Source of the DNA: a virus
Length of the DNA: 64,000 bases
Strand: one strand, 5' to 3'
IMG/VR virus record: IMGVR_UViG_3300045988_165047
In this document: positions 8,775 through 15,187 of the stretch, in pieces
Layout of the letters: each line of letters starts with the position of its first letter
Numbering within the stretch: position 1 is the first letter of the stretch
Position numbers and translations under genes: made by a program
The notes under the pieces: model-generated
The model's input: only the letters and a program-made list of their open reading frames with translations
What the model was told of the DNA's origin: nothing
The model's database searches: none

Positions 8775-9470
8775 CTACCGCTTTTTGAGGGGGTAGAAAT
8801 TAGAGAAAGAGAATAGGAAGAGGTCATTTTCAAGAGCAGAGCCCTTTTTGAGCTTGAAATTCTCAAAGTCACCATTAAACGTGGCTAACTTTTTCAGCTC
8901 TTTAAGAGTCTTCTTATCAAGTGCACTCTCATACTTAGAGTACTCAAGATTGAAATTCACCGACATACCGCCTCGCCACCATACGTTGTCTTTAGCGTGG
9001 TTAGCGTATTGATACGCCGACACCCAGTTGGCTGCACGGAGGAGAGCTTCGGTTTCGGGGTCCTCTTGAGCGGTTGCACGCTTCTTGTCACGCAAACGAT
9101 AATACAGCGTATTATCAAGCTTTTCAAGTAACGTTTTAGCATCATCGCTGAGGTAGCAGTCGTTGTCCCAATAGCCTCGTTCTCTCAAGTGTATCATTTC
9201 AAAGGACTTCGTAATGGAGTCCATGACTTTGTAACCATTGAGACCGAGTTCCTTTAGGGTACTTCTTACCTTAGTGAGTAAAGCCTTGAGTGACTCGTCT
9301 GGAGTTTCCTTTTTGGGGACACTCTTAGTTACGAATGTCACAGGCTTTTCTAGAAGGTTGTAGCGTTCCTTTGGGAAATTTCCCTTGTTCTTCTCCACAC
9401 GGATGCAGAACATTAAGGTAGTTAGCGTCTCGTGGACACCGACAAACACTCTTACGTCTTCTGTACGCAT
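8775..9470 (-). CDS. Tandem paralog A (unknown function)
   Basis: 231 aa, clearly homologous to 9592..10254 (VFVGVHE..LMFCIRVEK...LRAANWV). A TATATTTG box lies 5 nt before the ATG. Confidence 0.75.
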   Translation of the reverse strand: MRTEDVRVFVGVHETLTTLMFCIRVEKNKGNFPKERYNLLEKPVTFVTKSVPKKETPDESLKALLTKVRSTLKELGLNGYKVMDSITKSFEMIHLRERGYWDNDCYLSDDAKTLLEKLDNTLYYRLRDKKRATAQEDPETEALLRAANWVSAYQYANHAKDNVWWRGGMSVNFNLEYSKYESALDKKTLKELKKLATFNGDFENFKLKKGSALENDLFLFSFSNFYPLKKR

Positions 9471-9540
9471 AATTTCAAATATATTTAGAGTTAGTAATAA
9501 GTTACTACAACAGAATAGAGTACACTGCCCATTTATAATA

Positions 9541-9578
9541 AGTAATAGGTGTTACACACGTGTGTAACACCTATTACT
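9541..9578 (-). terminator. Perfect 38-nt palindrome between the paralogs (terminator and/or operator)
   Basis: agtaataggtgttacacac|gtgtgtaacacctattact. In the minus sense it is followed by TTATTATAAAT. The core GTTACACACGTGTGTAAC recurs upstream of paralog B. Confidence 0.55.
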
Positions 9579-9591
9579 TTGACTACCACCG

Positions 9592-10254
9592 CTACTCCTT
9601 TTCAAGAAGATAGCTGTTTAAGGATGAAAATAGGTAAAAATCATCGTGCAGGCGTGATTTTGGCTTAAGTTTGAAAGAAGAGAAATCTTTTTCAAACGTA
9701 GCCATCGTTTTCAGCTCAGCAAGGAGAGCTTCATCAAGTTCCTTGCGTCGCTTAGCGAGTTTTTGCTCAGACAGCCCCATTGCCCCCTCTTCAGAGAGAC
9801 ACTGATGCTGTTTAGCATAAACCCAATTAGCCGCACGTAGAATGGCGTCAGCCCCTGGGTCCTCGGATGCGTACTCCAACTCATGCTCGTCAATATACGT
9901 AGATAACGCATAACGGAGCTTTTCAAATAGAGAAGCCCCTTTACCATTATAAGCATACGCATCAGGTCTTCCTAGGTCGTACAGAGAGCCATAGATTTCA
10001 TAATCTACGTCTTCTGTGCTGTACCCCTCCAAACCAAGTTCTTTTAGGGTATTTTGTACCTCGGAAAACATGAGCCTGAGCGTTGGGAGGTCATCCTCCA
10101 GCCTAGGGATGGTCTTAGTGACGGATGCGATGGGCTTTTCCTTGAGGTTATAATACTCCTCTGGGAAACGGAACTTCTCCACACGAATGTGGAACATTAG
10201 TCCCTCATGCACCTCGTGGGCACTAAGGAACACCTTTACATTTTTGGTACTCAT
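9592..10254 (-). CDS. Tandem paralog B (unknown function)
   Basis: 220 aa, homologous to 8775..9470. A TATAATTG box lies 4 nt before the ATG. Confidence 0.75.
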   Translation of the reverse strand: MSTKNVKVFLSAHEVHEGLMFHIRVEKFRFPEEYYNLKEKPIASVTKTIPRLEDDLPTLRLMFSEVQNTLKELGLEGYSTEDVDYEIYGSLYDLGRPDAYAYNGKGASLFEKLRYALSTYIDEHELEYASEDPGADAILRAANWVYAKQHQCLSEEGAMGLSEQKLAKRRKELDEALLAELKTMATFEKDFSSFKLKPKSRLHDDFYLFSSLNSYLLEKE

Positions 10255-10327
10255 AATTCAATTATATTTAGGTTAGTATTTACTACGCTAAATCGTGTAA
10301 GCCGCTTGCTTATCACCAGTGGAGGGC

Positions 10328-10343
10328 GTTACACACGTGTAAC
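10328..10343 (-). promoter_or_regulatory. Palindromic element GTTACACACGTGTAAC in the leader of paralog B
   Basis: 7-bp arms. It shares its core with the 9541-9578 palindrome. Confidence 0.4.
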
Positions 10344-10418
10344 ATTTACCACTACATTGACCATCATAACCACTACTTCTGTCACTTAGTCGTTATTGGT
10401 TGGTCATTGATTACATTA

Positions 10419-10449
10419 CAAAGATAGTAACTTTTATTGAACTAACAAA
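10419..10449 (-). promoter_or_regulatory. Near-consensus Bacteroidota promoter TTTG-N19-TATCTTTG
   Basis: The minus strand reads TGTTTGTTAGTTCAATAAAAGTTACTATCTTTG. It is the first promoter-like element leaving the gene-free region and points at paralog B. Confidence 0.6.
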
Positions 10450-10531
10450 CATTTTAGGGCGTTTGGGTGAAACTTTTTTATAAGTAGTTAGTTTATAAGC
10501 ACTTACAAGTAGAAAATTTTTTCATCAGCAA

Positions 10532-10607
10532 GGGCAAACGGGGTACATACGGGCAAAAGTAGGGGCAAAGCAAGGGGTAAAACGGGGCGTTTTGGGGGCG
10601 TTTGGGG
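10532..10607 (+). repeat. Eight phased G3-5 tracts (about 10.3-nt period)
   Basis: G-tract starts at 10532, 10540, 10551, 10562, 10574, 10584, 10594 and 10604, separated by A/T-rich spacers. Confidence 0.8.
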
Positions 10608-10697
10608 CGTTAGGCACGTTGCACCACGGGGCATATTTATACGTAGGCACACACGTATGCACACGCACGAGGGAGCAGCGTTGTACACTTACATAGT

Positions 10698-10798
10698 ACA
10701 CCACCACACGAACGAACCACCACACCACCATATCAAGACACCACACCACAGAAGCACACCACGACACCACCATACCATACCACCACTATACCACCACA
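10698..10798 (+). repeat. About 100-nt CA-rich low-complexity tract (CCACC/ACACC words)
   Basis: caccaccacacgaacgaaccaccacaccacc...ataccaccacaat. The track ORFs that overlap it translate to low-complexity sequence. Confidence 0.8.
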
Positions 10799-10881
10799 AT
10801 AGTACGCACATATACACTAACTAAAAATGTCCATGTTTCTAATTTCTATTTTCTAATATAAGCGGACTACCGCTGAGTAAC

Positions 10882-10908
10882 TTCAATTCATCCCCCTCTT
10901 TAAGGGGG
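10882..10908 (-). promoter_or_regulatory. Stem-loop followed by TGAATTGAA (partial copy of a conserved leader element)
   Basis: The minus strand reads CCCCCTTAAAGAGGGGG-ATGAATTGAAG. Compare 28072-28105 and 53995-54028. Confidence 0.35.
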
Positions 10909-11340
10909 TGGGGAGCAACCACTAGCACAAGGGTGCCATAATTCTGGGCATTCTTTGCCACGCACCCCAGGGTCTCCCTCCATAAAAACACCCACACGGG
11001 GGTACCTTTGGCGTTTTCGTTTACTTTTCATCCGTTACCTATATGGTATTATGTATGTTCTTACTCTTATAATAGTATTATAGGTGCTTATTAAGCGTTT
11101 CACCGCCGAAATTTTTCCTTTCTATGCCACGCAGTGTGCTCCATCAGCATATATTATATACTTATACTATGATATTACGCTTACCTAACTACATTTTCAT
11201 ATTGCGCCCAATGATTTCCCAGCGCTTTTACCGCTTTTATGCCACAAACGCTATTACCTAAGTTAGTTTTCAGATGAATTGCATACATATACTACTTACC
11301 TACTACTATAATTCAGCTCTTATACTACTATTATATAGCT

Positions 11341-11375
11341 CTAACTACATAAATAAGTGTGCTAACTACATAAAT
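11341..11375 (+). repeat. Direct repeat CTAACTACATAAAT x2, 21-nt spacing
   Basis: Copies at 11341-11354 and 11362-11375. Confidence 0.8.
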
Positions 11376-11414
11376 GAGCATCTAATTTCAGTTTTACTCC
11401 GCAATTCTAGTTGC

Positions 11415-11447
11415 AAAACTACTCTACCTACAAGTAAAACTACTCTA
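11415..11447 (+). repeat. Direct repeat AAAACTACTCTA x2, 21-nt spacing
   Basis: Copies at 11415-11426 and 11436-11447. Confidence 0.8.
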
Positions 11448-11637
11448 TGCGCCCAAAAATTAGAATGCGCTTTGTAGTTTACGAGCATCTTGAGCTAAAA
11501 TTAGTAGTGTATCTACGTGTAATAGTAGTTACCTAATTAGAAAATTAGATTTCTGAGCAGAAAAATCATTCTAATCTGCGTGTAAATTAGAATGCACCAA
11601 GAAAAATTAGAAGAAATCTAGTTCAAGACCGCAGTTC

Positions 11638-11664
11638 TATATAATATATATAATATATTATATA
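11638..11664. other. 27-nt A/T-only tract (possible DNA unwinding element)
   Basis: tatataatatatataatatattatata, embedded among the 8-mer repeats. Confidence 0.5.
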
Positions 11665-11897
11665 GTTTTCTCCGCCAAATTGCAAACACAACTTCTAATT
11701 TCAAATTACGCACGCTAATTTCAAATTGCGCCTTGTAGTTTTTAGACGCACAAGCTAATTTTTGGGAGCAAATTCTAATTTCCGCAGTAGTTTTTAGTTG
11801 CTGTTTCTAATTTCAGTACGTAATTCTTATTGTAGTTATACTCTAACTAGAAAACTACGCATCTAATTTCAAATTAGAATTGCACATACAAATTACG

Positions 11898-12065
11898 CTA
11901 GTTTTTCTGCGTTGAAAACTAGAATTAGAACGCTAGAAACTAAGTTACTCTAATTAGAAACTAAATTAACCTAGTTACTAACTAAAATTAGAACGCCGAA
12001 ATCTAAAATTACGCAGTTAGAAACTAAAATAACGCCTCTAAAAACTAAATTAGCGCCGATTACAA
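11898..12065 (+). repeat. Eight tandem degenerate 21-bp units (iteron-like)
   Basis: Units start at 11898, 11919, 11940, 11961, 11982, 12003, 12024 and 12045. Each begins CTA(A/G). Examples: ctagaattagaacgctagaaa, ctaaaattagaacgccgaaat, ctaaaattacgcagttagaaa. Confidence 0.8.
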
Positions 12066-12314
12066 TGAAAACCCATTCAGAAAAAGTACCTCTAATTTCG
12101 TAACTACCTGATAATGGGGTGTTTGACCCCCTATAAAAACGACACTTTGATACACAAAAACCACCTAAAAACTACCTAAAAACGCTATAAAATGCAGTTA
12201 CTCTAATTTCTAATTACTTACACGTATATACCTATATAGTAATAAGCAAACCCTTCGCAAACCCAGTGGCTACGGGCTTTTCGCTATGCCAAAACCCAAA
12301 GGGCTTACCCACAC

Positions 12315-12389
12315 ACATAGTTACATACACTTTGTTTCGCCTATGTACATAGTTACACACGTATATAAATACCCACGTACATAGTTACA
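12315..12389 (+). repeat. Direct repeat ACATAGTTACA x3, 32-nt spacing
   Basis: Copies at 12315-12325, 12347-12357 and 12379-12389. Confidence 0.8.
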
Positions 12390-12640
12390 TATAGATAAAC
12401 ACGCATTTAAGGCCGCGAATCTGTTTCCTTTTCAGCACCGCTTTCTGCGTATTACAACCACAACCGCCGATTTTGTTATTGTTCTATTGGTTGCACACAG
12501 CTACCTTATACAGATGTTATACTATTACTACCTAGATATAGAGTAGATTTTGCGCCCTTTTGTTACCCTTACCGCCTATAAGCAGTTTTACCCGCCAAAA
12601 TTTTACCCGCAACAAATTGAATTTCTAGGTTGCATATACC

Positions 12641-12665
12641 AAAAACGAAAGGGAGCCTGTCTCCC
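12641..12665 (-). terminator. Rho-independent-type terminator
   Basis: The minus strand reads GGGAG-ACAGG-CTCCC followed by TTTCGTTTTT. It lies about 95 nt after the stop at 12760 and closes the long upstream operon. Confidence 0.6.
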
Positions 12666-12759
12666 GACAAACTCCCTTCCTACTACTAATACTAACCCAT
12701 TATAGGCAGGTTCATCACTCCTACCTATGAGTTTACCACAAAGATTTTATGTGGTATTT

Positions 12760-12969
12760 CTAGTCTACGCATTCGTAGATTTCTTCACAGAGGGTTTTTG
12801 GTAGCCACTCTGTAAAGGCGACTTCATTGTTAGCGTTCTTATACAGAAGGCACACCCCCTCTCTGTCGCCGTTTTCATAGGGTGTTGGGTCTCCGTAGTA
12901 CTTTTCAAGATACTCTGAGTAAGTCATCAGCTCTGCGTCAATGACTTGTCTAGCTTTTAGTTGCAACAT
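12760..12969 (-). CDS. Hypothetical small protein
   Basis: 69 aa, the last gene before the gene-free region. Confidence 0.5.
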   Translation of the reverse strand: MLQLKARQVIDAELMTYSEYLEKYYGDPTPYENGDREGVCLLYKNANNEVAFTEWLPKTLCEEIYECVD

Positions 12970-13285
12970 AGTTCAATGCTCTCTTATAAATTAGTATTGT
13001 GTTAGGGTACTTGTTCTCTTCGGAGAAGATGGCTCCCGATGCTGACCATACTATTGTAGGTACACCTGAGTAAACACACTTCTCTTGTTTTACTTGCAGG
13101 ACCTCTACGGTTTCATCGCCCTTCTCCCGATAGAAAGCGGACACCCAGTTCCCGTTTTCAACTCGGTTTGCAGTGCGCTGTCTCCACTCGGGGTAGTGGA
13201 TGGCTGTCTCCCTAGAGGCTTCCTCTAAGAGGGTTTGCAGAGTTTTAGCAAGCTCCTCTTCTACGTGATTTGTTTCTCTGTTCAT
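12950..13285 (-). CDS. Hypothetical protein
   Basis: 111 aa, tiled. Confidence 0.55.
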   Translation of the reverse strand: MNRETNHVEEELAKTLQTLLEEASRETAIHYPEWRQRTANRVENGNWVSAFYREKGDETVEVLQVKQEKCVYSGVPTIVWSASGAIFSEENKYPNTILIYKRALNYVATKS

Positions 13286-13286
13286 A

Positions 13287-13577
13287 CTATATCATTATGT
13301 CTACTGAATAGATTTCGTACTCGTCTAGCGTTGTTTTGTACTCTGGAGTGTGCATATCATAATACCACTCTGTGAAGAACACCTTATCCTGAGCGGAGTA
13401 CTTATCACTATCCTCGGGGACGACATTAAAGTACTCCAAAGATACTTCAAATACTTCAAACTCCTTATGGTACTCAACCTCTTTCGCTGAGCACCCCATG
13501 TACTTCGCAAGGACCTCCGCCCTTCGTTCAAGTTCTACCTCGTTCATTTTGCGTTTCGCCGCTTTAGTAATGCCCAC
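13287..13577 (-). CDS. Hypothetical protein
   Basis: 96 aa, tiled. Confidence 0.55.
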   Translation of the reverse strand: MGITKAAKRKMNEVELERRAEVLAKYMGCSAKEVEYHKEFEVFEVSLEYFNVVPEDSDKYSAQDKVFFTEWYYDMHTPEYKTTLDEYEIYSVDIMI

Positions 13578-13822
13578 TTATATAGGGCGGACATATTGCC
13601 CCCGTCCAAGATTTCGTAACTCTTCACGTCACCGATTGCTTGGAACTCAAACTCGTACCTATACACCCTAAGAATGAGACTACCTCTAACATAGTCAGTG
13701 TAGAACTCATTCTTGGGTGCGGTTTTCTCTCGGAGGTGTCTCCAATACCCGATAACCATCATCAAGGCTTGCCCAAGAACGATGATTATCATAATGCCGA
13801 GACAGACTACTTCTTTACTCAT
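13544..13822 (-). CDS. Small membrane-anchored protein
   Basis: 92 aa with an N-terminal hydrophobic helix VVCLGIMIIIVLGQALMMVIGYW. Confidence 0.5.
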   Translation of the reverse strand: MSKEVVCLGIMIIIVLGQALMMVIGYWRHLREKTAPKNEFYTDYVRGSLILRVYRYEFEFQAIGDVKSYEILDGGNMSALYKWALLKRRNAK

Positions 13823-14157
13823 ATAGTTGGAATCTTGTTGTAATACTCATTTATGTGTTCATCTATGAGCTTCATAACCACGTAAGGGTTTTGGTAGTCC
13901 TCTCCACAGATGAAGTTTTGCAAGATAGCCTCCGTGGTCCCGTAAGGCACTTGTTTAAAAGAAGTGTCCCCTTCCTTCATATAGATGATAGAGCCGTCTA
14001 CGGCACGTGGGAGCGCTCTTGTTGGTTGATACTCCCCATGCCCCGTAGAGGTTGGAACACCCATTACATCTCCAGAGGTCTCATATATGACTACCAAGGA
14101 ACCTCCCTTAGCCATAACTATGTCACCCTTCCTGGCTACAACTACGTCCTCCTTCAT
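13819..14157 (-). CDS. Small paralog family member 1 (KGDIV...YETS N-terminal module)
   Basis: RKGDIVMAKGGSLVVIYETSGDV matches KKGDIVHVKTGVLEIMYETSDDI in the next gene. 4-nt overlap. Confidence 0.65.
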   Translation of the reverse strand: MKEDVVVARKGDIVMAKGGSLVVIYETSGDVMGVPTSTGHGEYQPTRALPRAVDGSIIYMKEGDTSFKQVPYGTTEAILQNFICGEDYQNPYVVMKLIDEHINEYYNKIPTI

Positions 14158-14498
14158 ATTGTAACAGCTCGCTCATACTCCCTAAGTAGTGCCTCGGTAG
14201 GTGCGGACCTCTTCCACCTGTACGAAATACCCTTTATAGTCGCTACCTCAGTAATGTACCGCCTCTGGTCGTCAAACACGACAGGCTTAAAATCCCCAAT
14301 AGGGGTGTTACCTCTTATTGAGCGAGACACCTCAGAACCCCTTACGGGTAGCGGAGCGATTTCATCCCCATCTATTATGTCGTCGGAGGTCTCATACATA
14401 ATTTCAAGGACACCAGTCTTCACGTGAACTATGTCTCCCTTCTTAAAGAGAATGAATCTTACCCCTTTGGGAGACTTCACAACCTTCTTCTCAATCAT
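14154..14498 (-). CDS. Small paralog family member 2 (C-terminal PTE..Y.E tail)
   Basis: It shares the N-terminal module with member 1. C-terminus: SAPTEALLREYERAVTI. Confidence 0.65.
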   Translation of the reverse strand: MIEKKVVKSPKGVRFILFKKGDIVHVKTGVLEIMYETSDDIIDGDEIAPLPVRGSEVSRSIRGNTPIGDFKPVVFDDQRRYITEVATIKGISYRWKRSAPTEALLREYERAVTI

Positions 14499-15187
14499 AC
14501 TGAACTTGCTTCTTCATACCACGTACGTTCTTCCTCTGTGGGGGAAAAGTAGTATATGGTACTAACCCCCACAGCCTTTACCCCACTTACAAGCACTTCC
14601 TCTATATCCCCAAGGAACGAAGAAGCCTCACACCCATTTACGGGTTCACCATCCAACATACTGAGGACCCTACCTGAGTGCTTGCTCTTCACCAATACCA
14701 AACTACCCCTTACCAAGGGGAGCTTCTCTGGGGTGTGTGGGTCTATCTTATCGTATAGTTGGAAAACTCCTCTGTACCACTCCCAAATGTCATCGGGGTT
14801 CTTTAAGTAAACCTCCACTCCGAAATGGTCATCAGCCTTAGCTACTTTGTGTGTTGTAGTCTCCGTTGGAGCACACACCTTTTTATAGGCACTAAGGGTA
14901 GCTTCTTTCCTCACAACTGAAAAGTACAGATGCTCCTCACTAAAGGTTAGATGCTCAATAAAGCGTTTAAGCAACTCGGGAGCTTTGAGCATCCCCTTTT
15001 CCGTGCTTATGACAATACTATCGGGTGATGGGATAAGAACGTGCCTCCCGTCACCAATAGTGTAGTCGCTATTTAAGGAGAACAAGACCTCCGATACTCC
15101 ACTAATCCTGTGGCGGAGGACAGTCCCCTTCTTAAGAGCTGTTTCAGTGACAGAGAACCCATTAGAAATCGAAAAGGGTAATCCCAT
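14495..15187 (-). CDS. Paralog family member 3 (longer form, 230 aa)
   Basis: C-terminus: FSPTEEERTWYEEASSV. There is an internal VRGSLVLVKSKHSGRVLSMLDGEPV module. Confidence 0.6.
   Translation of the reverse strand: MGLPFSISNGFSVTETALKKGTVLRHRISGVSEVLFSLNSDYTIGDGRHVLIPSPDSIVISTEKGMLKAPELLKRFIEHLTFSEEHLYFSVVRKEATLSAYKKVCAPTETTTHKVAKADDHFGVEVYLKNPDDIWEWYRGVFQLYDKIDPHTPEKLPLVRGSLVLVKSKHSGRVLSMLDGEPVNGCEASSFLGDIEEVLVSGVKAVGVSTIYYFSPTEEERTWYEEASSV

Noticed and set aside
8678-8875. 65-aa minus-strand ORF in the gap after paralog A.
   Set aside because: It overlaps the 3' end of 8775..9470 in another frame and otherwise covers an intergenic hairpin region (tcccagc...gctggga). Its composition is Ser/Leu-rich, and it does not fit the tiling.
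10503-10773. Minus-strand ORFs 10503..10688 and 10525..10773, and plus-strand ORF 11274..11477, inside the gene-free region.
   Set aside because: Their translations are low-complexity products of the G-tract, CA-tract and A/T-rich repeats (for example VVWCLDMVVWWFVRVVVYY). They have no start context, and they overlap one another.
11341-12209. Possible CRISPR array, because of the many short repeats.
   Set aside because: The repeats are only 8-21 nt long and occur in both orientations. The 21-bp units abut one another with no spacers, and there is no leader/repeat/spacer regularity of 25-40 nt. The region is inconsistent with any CRISPR architecture.
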